In this document: piece after piece, positions 1 through 51,101 of the stretch | How positions within the stretch are numbered: the first letter of the stretch is position 1 | Layout: each line of letters opens with the position of its first letter | Origin: Lama guanicoe | Lineage: Eukaryota | DNA length: 64,000 nt | Direction of reading: 5' to 3' | Assembly: GCA_013239625.1 (NCBI GenBank) | Contig: MU053472.1 | Span: forward strand, 3,643,410-3,707,409 | Notes under the pieces: generated by a model | Told to the model about the DNA's origin: nothing | Database searches by the model: none | Seen by the model: only the letters and a program-made list of their open reading frames with translations | Made by a program: the position numbers and the translations under genes

Positions 1-135
1 GGATGTTTAGGGGTGTCCCTGGTCTCTACTCCCTGGACGCCGGGAGCAGCTCTCTTTGCCCCCACCCCCTGCATTTGTGGTTGTGACAACCAAAATGTCT
101 ACAGAGCTGGCTAAATGGCCCCCCGACCAAATGGC
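1..135. mobile_element. MER20-like hAT DNA transposon fragment
   Basis: ggatgtttag...ccctggtctctac...gttgtgacaaccaaaatgtct resembles the MER20 consensus as recalled. Confidence 0.6.
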
Positions 136-898
136 TCTGAAAGTGGACTCATGACAGTGCTTCAACCTCTCTGCTCTCTAGAGAATTAGAGCAGTGTAGC
201 GGTGACTGACCTCTGATACCAAAGGGCGCTGGAGCCCTGCAGGCATCAGCTGGTGCCTCTCACCTGCCAAACGCAGCGGAGGCAGCAGTAACAGGATCCA
301 CCTGTGACAACAGTCCCTGGGCTATTCTCAGTCCCCAGAAACCTGCCTCCTGAGGGGTTGCAGGAGTTGTCCTGGCTAGGTTCTCTTGTCCTTCTTGATC
401 CTGGCTGCTCTGGCTCCCTGCTTAGCAGAAACACCCTTCTGAAAAGGCCTGTGCAGCCTCGCAGGGCTCCGGACCCCCTGCGCATACGCCGCTTGCTTTC
501 CTGCCCGTGCCACAGAGGTGTTGCTGTTCCCCTCGCCCTCCATCCGTGCTGTGGCCTTGGCCCACCTCCTCACTGTCCCTCCCCGGGCTCGCCTCCTAAC
601 TGGCCTCTCATCCTTCAGACCACCCGCGCCCTACCACTCCCCATGCTGCTGGTACAGTTGTGTTTCTGAAATACAAACCTGATCAAGTCACTCCCTCCCT
701 TAAATCCTTCAGTGGCTTTGTGCCACCTGAACTAAGTTCCTGAGGACCTGGAGGGAGGAGGAGGGAGGACCTAGTAGTGCTGGGGTGGGGGGCTTACAGA
801 ATCTGTGTCAACACTGCTTCTCCGATCTCTGGCCGGAGGGCTCCTCACTGAAGAAGTGGCTGCTTACTCCCCCTTGTACCTCTCTCCTGCCCTTGCAG

Positions 899-40173
<39,275 letters not shown>

Positions 40174-40450
40174 CGGGAAGTGGACCACAGGTGGACTCCT
40201 GGCCTGAGTCTGAGCGTCCTGCTCATGAGCTGTCTGCTTCCCTTGTCCACAGGGCTTCTGTAGCGCATGCTCTGTTCAGCTGCCACAGGAGGCAGAATGA
40301 CTAGTTTGTTTGCAGCACTTTCAGCCATTTGTTTTCAGTCAGACTTCTGAAAAGTAAAAGGTCGTTTCGATTGTAAAACTGTCTTACTGTGCCCAGAATG
40401 GCGTTCAGTTTTTTTGACATAGATTTAAAAAACTTTCACTCTTGTTATAT

Positions 40451-40456
40451 AATAAA
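40451..40456 (+). terminator. Probable TEX14 polyadenylation signal AATAAA
   Basis: First AATAAA downstream of the stop (~280 nt), followed by T/GT-rich sequence. Confidence 0.7.
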
Positions 40457-41689
40457 ATGTTTCCTTTTAATACCAGTTAGGTTTCAGCTGTAAGATACAT
40501 TTCTGTGTTATGGTTATTGGGAGAGAAACCACCACTCAAAGAGGTTTCAATTTCTGTTACACAGTTTGACAAGTAGTCAGCGACTGCTACCCCCGTCATA
40601 TCAACAGGCACCAGTAATCCATGTTTTATAACAGAAATACGGCCCTCTTTGCTGGGATTGCCATATTCCGTTCCAGCTACAATGGGCTTACATGAGGACG
40701 GTACTGGTGGGCTTAAAAGCCCAAGATACTCTGAACTCTTTAAGGTCAACAAACATCATCTCTGAATATTTCAGTTTGTGCATCCCACATCCTTAGTGTC
40801 TCAGAAGAATGAAACTGTGGTAAGGAAGATCCCAACATTTTCTCTAATTTAGCCTCTTGTGCAGTGCTAGCCAGCTGACATTTTATCAGTAAGTAAGTAG
40901 TTGGTCTTCTGTTTGTGAAAACTGAATAGTTCCTGTTGTGGAAGTCATATTCATGTAGTTCTTAGCTCCCCCGAATCTTACCCTGCACAAATAAAACAGG
41001 AAGTTACAAGTTTATCTGACCATTGTAAAGCAAGGAAACAGTTGCTTGCAATTGTCCAGAGGCAAACTATGACAGGTTACAAATAATTCCACGTGCAAGA
41101 AGCTTGGAGGGGTACCGAGACTTACTAACATGCAGTCCTTCTGTCAAAACCTTTATTTGGTGAGACAAAACCAACATATCTAAAAATGTAAGGACTAATG
41201 GCAGACATGTCATGATAAATGGCGAGTTATGATATCATGATATGATATGAGTCAAGGCTACAGGTTCTACACAAACTCGCACTGATGTGCTTTGTACTCC
41301 TTTTGTCTACAGAGTAGACTCTTCTCTCTGGTCAGTGACTATGTAATATTGGCCGATGTTAACAACAGTAATAATAATAAACATTATAATATATTCTAAT
41401 AAATAACAATAAACATGGGTTATGGAGCACCTATTCTGTGCCAGGTACTTTATATACTTGGTATGTAAAGCATGCTGCTTTTCCTACCCTCAGCAGCTCT
41501 TAGTTCAAACTTTTATTCTTCGTTTCTTACCAGCTTTCAACAGATGATGTAATTCCAACTTTGCAGAGAAAATAGAAGCCATCAGATGGGAACTGGCTTG
41601 GCTTCCCACCACCAAAACTACTAGCAAGACGGCATCTGTCTCTGTGACTAGAACAGCTGCGGGTACAGCAGTCCACCCTAAACTCGGGG

Positions 41690-43345
41690 TGGCCCTCTCT
41701 CTGCTTTCCTCCCTGTGACACTGAAGGAGGTGTCTCTCTTCCTGTCCAAGGCCAGCCTCATCTGCTGTCTGTTCAGAGTTACCCTCAGGTTACCCTCTCC
41801 CTTGTCAGTAGCTTTAGCCCCTTCCTTATTAGCTTCTTTGGATCACTTGACACAGTGGAATTTTTCCCGTCTTTAAAAGTATCCCCTGGATCCCGCGTCC
41901 CTTTCCGGCCACTGTCCCACCTCTTTTCTCGCACTGCGGTTGGAGTTCTTAGAAGAGTTGTCTACACCTGCTGTCTTCAGCGCCTCACCTCCAGTCACTC
42001 TTCACCCCACTATAATCTGAATTCTGCTCCTTCCATTCCCTAGCAGTCCTGAGGTTACTGATGACTTCCATGTTCCTAAATCCCAGGGACACTCTTCCTG
42101 CCTCTTGACCCAGTTTGCTCTCTCAGACTATTATTCCCTGGGCTCCCTGATGTGACAGTCTGGTTTTCCTTCCGTCTCTCTGGCTACTCCATCTCAACCT
42201 CCTCTGGGGCTCTGCCTCTACCTTTTCTTACTCCAGGCTTTTCTCTTAAGAGAATTTGCACACACACCCCCACCGCATTGCTTCACTTAGCCTCTGCATG
42301 CTGACAGCTTCCAGATTTGTATTGTGGTCTAGGACCAGACTTCTCTGAGCTCACATATCTACCCATATTGTCAGTGTCTCCACTAGGGTTTCTTTCATGT
42401 GTCTTACTGATAATGAGACAGGAGGGAAGGGGTCAGGGCACAAACATTGAAGGAATGACACAATATGAGGATAGCACAAACTGGGTAGAACCAAGATGGC
42501 AGAAGTTTGCCTTCTAGTGGATCTTGAGCTTCAACAATAATAACCCAAAACTGAACCCATGGTCTTAATCACAAACCTCCTCCATCTCCAGAATTCCCCT
42601 TTCAACTGATGGTATTGCTATCCACTGAGCCACTCATATCAGAAACCCAGGAGCCATCCTTGACTCCTCTTCTTTATTCCTCACATCAAAATGTCAATCA
42701 CTAAGACTTGTTTCAACCTCCAAAACATACGTCCCTTAGACCCACTTCTCTGTATCTCTGCTGCCACTACCCTCATCCAGCATCTAGTAGCTCTCACTTG
42801 GGCCATTGTAACAGCCTCCTTGAGTGGCCTCTTGCATCCAGTCTCACATTCAACAAATATTTTTTGAAAGACTCCCCTGTGCCAGGCAGCACCTCCAGTG
42901 CTGGTGAAATAGTGAACAAAGCAGAAATCCTACTCTCCTTGAGTCTCCAGTCATCAAATGAATAAAGAGATAATATTAGTAGTGGCAAGTGTTGTGGAGA
43001 AAAATCAGTTAAAGTGATAATGATTGCACAGAGGAGGGGGTACTTAACATTAGACAGGATATTCAAGGGAAGGCTGCTCTGAAGAAGTGACCTTTAGCTT
43101 TGACTGGAATGAAGAAAAGGAGCCAGTTTTTGTGACTCTGGGCAATGAGCATTCTAGCAAGGAAAAAAGCAAGTGCAAAGGCCCCATGGGAAGCACCACG
43201 CTGCAGCAGCAAAAGGCCAGGGTGTTTGAACAAAGTTAAGTTGTGGGGAGGGTGATAGAAAGCTAAAAAGTGGGAATCCAGTGGGTGGTGCTAAGCAAAG
43301 GGGCAGAGAGTAGGGTGAAACTGATTTACCTTTTTAAAGAATTTC
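41690..43345. mobile_element. L2 LINE fragments in both orientations
   Basis: Pyrimidine-rich L2 ORF2-like sequence to ~42845, then a reverse L2 3' end (cattcaacaaatatt...ggaaggctgctctgaagaagtgacc). Confidence 0.6.
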
Positions 43346-43554
43346 TTTGATATTCTTGCTCCTGTCTAATTTTTTTTCCCCACAATGATCTTTTTGATGA
43401 TACAGAAGTCATCATTTCATTATCCTGCTCAGATATCTGCTCATGGGTTTTAGGAATACTGAGCTTGTCTCAGCTCTTCTAGACACATCACCGTACATGC
43501 TGCTCTCCCTGCCAGCATGCTACTTCTCGCCACCTGGCTGCCTCGCTGTTCAGG

Positions 43555-44847
43555 CAGAGTATAAAGCTGCAATGATTAACAGTGTGGTGTTGGCTTGGGA
43601 CTGGAAAGATTTATAGAACATAATAGTCTAAAAATGGTGATACCAAGGCATAAAGTTTGGGAATTTAGAATATGAGGTAACATATGTCAAATTAGATTAT
43701 TTAACAAATTGTGTTGGGATAGTTGGAAAAACACAAAAGCTGAGTCCTTGTACCAGAAAAAAAAAAGGTGAATCAAAAATTAAAAAATAAATACATAAAA
43801 GGTAAGAAAATATAGGTGGCTGTTTTATAATCTTGGAGTAGAGAAAGCTTTTCTAAGCTATAACTTCAAAGTGAGAAGAGATGGATGGATTTTAGTATAT
43901 AAAAATGTAGAACTGCTTTACTACAAATGCCTGAACAAGGATAAAGTCAACAGACTGGGTGGAAATAATTGCAGTCTGTTAGATAAACACAAGGTTTATG
44001 TCCCTAGTGTATACTAAATGTTCTAATAACCGGTGAGGAAAAGACATACGCCTTAAAAGGAATATGGTCAAAGAACAGTTCACAAAAGAAGCAATACAGA
44101 TGGCCAATTAGTATATTAAAAGATGTTCCATTTCACTGGTAATCAAAGAAATGCAAATTAAAACAAGATACTGTTTGGGACTTAATGGGTCCTAAAGAGG
44201 AAAAACATGGATTCCAATACTCAAGGCTGGTGAGAGTGTGGGGAAGCAGAAATCTTCATTTGCTGTGTTAGCGGTAGAAACTGGCACCGCTATTCTAGAG
44301 GGATATTTGTCAGTACGTATTTTAAATGTTAGCATTTGTTGACCCAGAAATTCCATTTAGACCAGTTGTTCATAACAGATTTCATTGTGCATATGAATCA
44401 CCTGGAGATTTTTTTAAAACTGATTCTGACTTAGGAGGTCTGGGGTGGGGCCCCGGCTTCTGCATTTTCAGTCAGCTCCCAGGTGCTGCTGGTGCTCTGG
44501 GTTCAACTACCACACTCTGAATAGAGAGGACACAGAAGACTTCCTCCTAAAGCAGTTGCTTTTCCACCCTGTCTGCACACCAGAACTACTGGAGGAGTTT
44601 TTTTAAAGGTGCTATGCTCAGGCCCCACCTCCAAATTATCTGATTTTTTTGGTCTAGGGTGGAGCATGGGCTTTAAAAGCTCTGCAGGTGATTCTAATGT
44701 GCAGCTGGCGTTGAGGACTGCTGTCCTAAGGATACAATTGGACTACACACAAAGATGTATTTACATAAAGGATGTTTACTGCAACATTGTTTATAATATG
44801 GAAAAACTGGAAATAACCTATATGTCCAGCCATAAAGTACTGGTTTT
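43555..44847 (+). mobile_element. Old L1 (L1ME-like) fragment interrupted by two MER5-like elements (~44360-44730)
   Basis: L1 ORF2-end motifs (aaaagatgttcc...gtaatcaaagaaatgcaaattaaaacaa); MER5 motifs gaatcacctggag and ggtgattctaatgtgcag. Confidence 0.65.
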
Positions 44848-44862
44848 AAAATTAATGAAACA

Positions 44863-46893
44863 GAGAGGGTTCTGGGAAGATGGGCCAGCAGGAAGCACCA
44901 CAGATCTGTCTCCCCACCTAGACAGCAGTTGTATTGGCAGAACTTGTCTGATGTAATGATTTTGAGACTCTTGAAGGCTTGTAACTTCTAGGGGAGGGCT
45001 TGGATGGTAATTGTGTTTAGGTTTGGTCAGTTTTAGCTCTCAGTACAGTAGCAGCTACCCATCCCTCACCCCCAGCTGTGTGGCAGGCAGCTGTGCACGT
45101 GTTCCTGGAGCACCTTGCACACAGTTTATGCTAGGCAGTGTGGGCAAAAAGACCTAGTTTTCCAAATACCAGGGATCTGCACTCTGATCACTGATTGCTC
45201 CTTCTGACCATAGGGCTGCAGACAAAGCAGTGCGCCGTGAAACACTTATACTATAAAACTACAAAACATTGCTGAAAGAAATTAAAGAAGACAAATAAAT
45301 GGAAACACATCCCATGTTCATGTAATGGAAGACATAATATTGTTAACATGTCAGTACCACCCAAAGAGATCTACAGATAAGTGCAATCCCTGTCAAAACC
45401 CCAATCCTATAATTTATATAAAATCTCAGTGGGTCCTGAGGAGCCAAAACCATCTTGCAAAAGAAGAACAGAACTGGAATTTTTTCCAGAAACAAACTCT
45501 CATATATATGGTCAAATAATTTTTGACAAGTGTGCCGAGACCATGGGGGAAGGACGGTCTTTTCAACAAATGATGTTGGGAAAACTGGAAAAAAATGACA
45601 TTGGACCCTTGTATAACACCATATACAAAAATTAACTTGAAGTGGATCAAAGACCTAAATGCAAAACTGAAAACAATAAAACTTTCATATGAAAATACAG
45701 GATAAAAAGCTCTATGACATTGGATTTAGCAATGATTTCTTGGATGCCGCACCAAAGGCACAGGCAACAAAAGAAAAAATAGACATGTTGGACTTAATGA
45801 AAATTCAAAATTTCACTGTCTACAAAGAAAAGAGGCAACCCATAGAATGGGAGAGAGAGTTGCAAATCATGTATCTGGTCAGGGAATAATATACAGAATA
45901 TATAGCAAACTCCTAAAACTCAACAACAGCAACAAAAAATCCAATTCAAAATTAGGCAAAGGACTTGACTAGACATTTCTCCAAAGAAGATAAATAAATG
46001 GCTAACAAGCGCATGAAAAGACACTCCATCACTAATCATCAGGGAAATACAAATGAAAACGATGGTGCGATACCATCTCAGACTCATTAAGATGGCTACT
46101 ATCAAGAAGCAGAAGACAAGTGTTGGTGAGGATGTGGAGAAGTTGGAACCCTTGTGCACTGTTGATGGGAGTATTCAGTCCTATGTAAAACAGTGTGGCG
46201 GTTCCTCAAAAAGTAAAAAATAAAATTACCATGTGACCCAGCAATTCCACTTCTGAGTATATAGCCCCAAACTGAAAGTACAGTCTTCAAGAGATATTTG
46301 TACACCCATGTTCATAGCAACATTATAGCTAAAACGTGGGAGCAACCCAGGTGCCATCAGCAGATGAATGGATAAGCTACATATGTTGTATACATACGCT
46401 GGAATGTTATTCAGCTTTAAAAAGGAAAGAAATTCTGCAATATGCTATGACGTGAATGAACCTTGAGGACATTGTGGTAAGTGAAATAAGCCATTCACAA
46501 AAAGACAATACTGTGTGATTCCACCTATATGAGGTACTTAGAGTAATCAAAGTCATTAAGACAAAAAGTATAATGGTGGCTGTAGTGGCTAGGGGTGCGT
46601 AGAATGGGGAGTTATTGTTTAGTGTGTACAGAGGCTTTGTTTGGGATGATGAAAAAGCTCTGGTGGATGGTGGTGATGGCTGCACAACATTGGTAATGTA
46701 CTCAATGCCAATCACTGTACATTTTAAAGTGGTCAAAGTGGTAAACTTACAAGATGAAAAGAGTTACGGGGATGGGTAATGGTGATGATTTTACAACAAT
46801 GTGAGTATACTTAATATCACTGAACTATACACTTAAAAATGGTTAAGATGGTAAGTGTTATGCTGTGTGTATCTTACCACAGTAAATTTTTAA
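44863..46893 (+). mobile_element. L1MB-like element: 5'UTR-like head joined to the ORF2 3' part and 3'UTR
   Basis: ORF2-like peptides (DIGFSNDFLDAAPKAQATKEKID); imperfect TSD at 44848-44862 / 46894-46907. Confidence 0.8.
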
Positions 46894-47629
46894 AAAATTA
46901 TTGAACAACCGTAAGTGGACTAATTAGAAATTGTCATAACTATAGATTTATTGACACAGAAAAGTGTCCATAACATATCATGGAATAATGCTAGTAGGTA
47001 TAATAGGACCCCATTTATATATATTTATAGTGAATGTCTACATGTGGTAAATGCATTGAGACACATCTGGAAAGATGCTCATTAAAATAGTAAAGTGGTC
47101 CTTCCAGGGGATTTCAACTTTTATAATTCTCTGTAAAGCTGTTTTCATTTTGGAGAATAATAGAAAGGCTTTGGGAATACTTAGAATTAAAATCAGTGAG
47201 AGGCAGGACCAGAATGTCATTATAATTAAATAACCATAAACTTAATTAATTTTATTGTAACTCACTTGAAGAAAAACTGTTTAACAGAAAGGAAAGATGA
47301 GTGTGAAGCACAGGAAAGTGAAGCTTTAGCGACCAGACACTGGGGATGCCCAGTTAAAGCATTGTGAGTAGGTGCACGAGGGTCCACCTAGTGCTCAGGT
47401 GTGGCAAGTGTTGCCCTCTTGTGGATCATCATGCTAACTTCTTGATCCAAGTCCATGTTCACCAAGCAACTTTTGTTCCTCTTAAAGTTGGTGTATAGGG
47501 AGAGAATGACCTGGCTTTACAGTCAGCTCAACAGTTGTGTGTCTCAAAGTATATCAGTATAAGTTACTATTCTGTTTTATATATTGGGCTCTGTGCTTGG
47601 TTAATGAGAATATATACTAGAGAAATGAA

Positions 47630-48095
47630 TCCTATATAATCTACTGATGCATGAGATATCACCTCCAAACCTTAGTGACTTAAAACAACTGTTTATTATC
47701 TCTAACAGTTTTGTGTGTTGGGAATCTGGCAGTGGCTCAGCTGGGAAGTTGTGGCTCGGGGCCTTTCATGGGGCTGCAGTCTGATGCCTTTCCATGCTGA
47801 CTCACTCACATGGCTGGCAGATTGGTCTTGGATGCTGACTAGGGATCTCAGCTCCTCTCCACATGGGTCTCCCCCCACATGACAGCTGGCTTCCCCCAGA
47901 CTGAGCAATCAAAAGACCAAGGTGAAAGTTACAATGTCATTATGACCTAGCCTCAGAAATCATGTATCATCATTTCTGCTATATTTTAATGGTCACAGAG
48001 GGCAAACCCTGATTCAGAATGAGGAGGAACTACACAAAGGCATGAGTACTGGAAGGCGAGGCTCATTGGGGACCATCTTGGAGACTGGCTACCCC
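47630..48095. mobile_element. MaLR LTR (MLT1F/H-like)
   Basis: cttagtgacttaaaacaac...ctcactcacatggctggca...ggggaccatcttggagactggctacc. Confidence 0.7.
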
Positions 48096-48832
48096 GGAAC
48101 CCATCAACCACGTGGCCATTCCTGGCACACTCACTGCGTGCCTTTCATTCAGAATAAAGCAGTACACTATAGCTTTTACGTCTGTCATCCCCTTTTATCT
48201 TCATCACAACCCTGCTGATAGGGAGAGCAAGAAAAGTGAGGGTCATTCTCAATGAACCCATCTGTGTCTCAGGCTAATAGAGTTAGATTATTTGTGAGGA
48301 GGAAAATTTCAAGATTCTGTGTTGTGTTTTGCAGCATTTCTGCTACAAATCACCCTTCATGTTTACTTGTACGGAATAATGAAAGAAAATATTGATTTCT
48401 CCAACATTAAGAAAATATAAAAAATTATTCAAACAACCAAGATGGTTTTAATAAGATCAGAAGAGATCGATTCATTAATGGTGATAACACAATTAATGTT
48501 ACATTTGATGGGAAAATTCAAACTCTAAATTTGTAAAGAAAAATATAATCTTCCTAGACAAGCAAATGAACATGATAGTCTCATGGCTAAAGGCTATGTA
48601 TCAGCAAACCAGGTCTTTGAAAAATAGAATCTCATAAGAAAGTTTTGCTCAAGTCAGCCAGTCTCAATTTTATGATAACAAGATATCAAATAAGCATAAA
48701 CCAATAACTTATCTGCACTTCAATGAGGCTTACCCTTAGTGTCCTCAAGATACTTGACTTGTAAATGCTCTTCCATTTTTATTCTTTGCTATAAAACAAG
48801 ATATAATGGCTAGCCAAATGTTTTATATCCTT

Positions 48833-49972
48833 TTTTTAATTTGATATCTTTAGAGAAAATATAAAGCAAGACAAACTAATATCAAAAGAAAAAGAATGAT
48901 GAAGCCATAGTAATTCACATCTGCCTTTGTCTTTTCATTAAGAGTAAACGGGGAAATTGTAAACCAGGATCCTTTAGAACTTTCTAATTCTGTGACTTCC
49001 ATACCAGTCGCAGAAGTCTATGTGCACCAAAGTGGAGATCTTGACTTGCTGAATGTATCTGAACTGGTAAAATATTGATAGACTTCCTAAGATGAATTTG
49101 GGAATTGTATACAGCTGGATTTTTGTGGAGAACTTTTTACTTCAGTTCTTGAGATCCACAGTATATTGCCTTCCTGTGCTGTTTCATTGTCAAGCAGTCC
49201 AATAAGCTCCTCCTCTTTTTGTACTTTTCTCCACGTTGCAGAGGACTCGGCACTTCTCTCACTGTGGACTTTTTTTCTATTAACCTATTTTGCATTTGAT
49301 TAACTCGCTTTGTTGCAGCCTTTCATGAATCAATTTTTTGATTGTTTGGAGTAGGCACATTTACTCTCTCCTTTAGTGGAAAATTCCAGCGGTCTTAAAG
49401 TTACTCCACCTGGGTTCAGAATTTTCTTGTGTACTTGACGGTTTGGCTTTTCATCGTGTGCTGAATTATGAGTGTGTGCCGAACACTGGGCTATTTCACC
49501 TACTCCTTTGTGGGCAACCAAGCCAGTAAACTCCATGTCCCATTATGGCCTTTTCTAGGATTTTCCAGGTATTGTTTGTAGTTCCCACTGGGATGGTATT
49601 AGTAGGAATCCATAATCTACAAGATAAACCCCATCTGGTTTCTGTGATGCAAAAATAGATTCACTACTCCTGTATCACCGTGAACATACTTATTTTCATG
49701 TATATATTCCAGTACATCTAATATTCAGATTCCTAGCTGCAGGACAGTTGCCTTTTTAAAAGTACCGTTTTGGTCTGAGAGCTTCTATAAATCTATTCCT
49801 AGTCTTTCCATTACCATCTCACTCTGATGCAGCTCCTCCCCGGGCCTGGAGTGCAGGTGCAGAGCCGGCCAGAAGCACCGGGTCCAGCAGCCACCCCCGG
49901 GACCCAGGAGCGAGAGGAGACTAAGGGAGGCCCTCGGGTCCCTGCCTCCAGGGGCCTGAGGGCCCAAGGGCC
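48833..49972 (-). pseudogene. VRK2: VRK2 processed pseudogene (VRK2A-type transmembrane C-terminus), internally truncated and disabled
   Basis: Minus strand reads [46 protein letters not shown], later AHKGVGEIAQ, KKILNP, LEFSTKG and [23 protein letters not shown] (stop at 48850-48852). It is intronless with in-frame stops and frameshifts, a GC-rich 5'UTR-like head and a short A tail. Imperfect 15-bp TSD at 48818-48832 / 49973-49987. Confidence 0.9.
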
Positions 49973-51101
49973 ATATTTTATATTCTTAAGACCCGAATCA
50001 GTAGCTCAAAATTTCTCAATCTATTGAGATTCCTGATACATTAAAATGTGGGTTTGTTTAAGTTTTTAACTTTCTCTCTAATCAAAGCTGAATATAAAGA
50101 TCCAGAAACAATGAATCTGACCATCCTATAACTGCCATGACCCTTCAGAGTCAAAAGTGGAATTCTGGATGTGGTAGGGTCTGTGTCAGAGAGCAAGAGA
50201 GAGAACCAGCATGTGAAAGGGAGAGAAAGATGACTGCCTCTCTCTTACCCAGAATGTCATCCAAGCTGGAAAGTCATTCTTCAAATCAAGAAGGAACCAG
50301 AGTCCAGCGCATCAGGAAAGCTGACAGGAGAGGATCGTGAGAAAGGACACTAACATTTATTGTGACACGCACCTACCAGGCAATGATTTCCAGATGAAGA
50401 AACCAAGTCTCAGGCAAGTCAAGTAACTTGTACAAGGTACACAGTAACCGTTTGTGACTGAAACCAGTGACCAACTCCAAAACTCTTCTCCAATCCTGCA
50501 CTCACTCCACTCCTGGGCCAAGAATGTGAGAATTTATGATTTGAGTAACCTGGGATTTTCACCCCAGGGTCAACCAAACCACTTGTGAAACCTGCAAAAA
50601 GCTGGAGCTCTTATTTTGTGACTTGTGTACAGTGCAGTTCCAAACCAAATTGAGACAACTTTGCACCGTGCACTTTATTAAAATGGGCTAACGCAGTGTG
50701 AATGATTTGAGCAGCCGTGCCTTAGGATATTCAGGCTGATTCCTTGTCTCTGGATGAGTCTCTGAGAATTCCTGGAATCTGCAAAGAATAAGGGAGCCTC
50801 CCCTATACACTAGGAAACCCTGGTTTTGCTAAGAACTTGGTCAAAGCTTTGGTGGCGTCAACTCCAAAGACAAATCCACAGCTTCCTTGCAGTTACTGCT
50901 TGAGATTCTCTGGAGAATTGTGGCTGTATGCCAGGATGTTTAATAGGAGGCTCCTTCCTTTATGACATCACCAGGCAGGTAACTAAGGGGACTGTTAGAA
51001 CAACAGCCACTTTTGTGGGAGTGCAAGAACAGCAGCTCTTAAAACTGAGGGTAAATATTCAGGCTTCATTAGGACCCTGAATACAAGCCAGCCGGTAAAA
51101 T

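Noticed and set aside
40477..40752. 91-aa minus-strand ORF just past the TEX14 poly(A) signal
   Set aside because: No recognisable homology, non-ATG start and no splice support.
48140..48815. AT-rich stretch considered as VRK2 3'UTR or a hAT transposase relic
   Set aside because: It lies outside the TSD and I could not recognise it confidently; a Dfam/BLAST search is needed.
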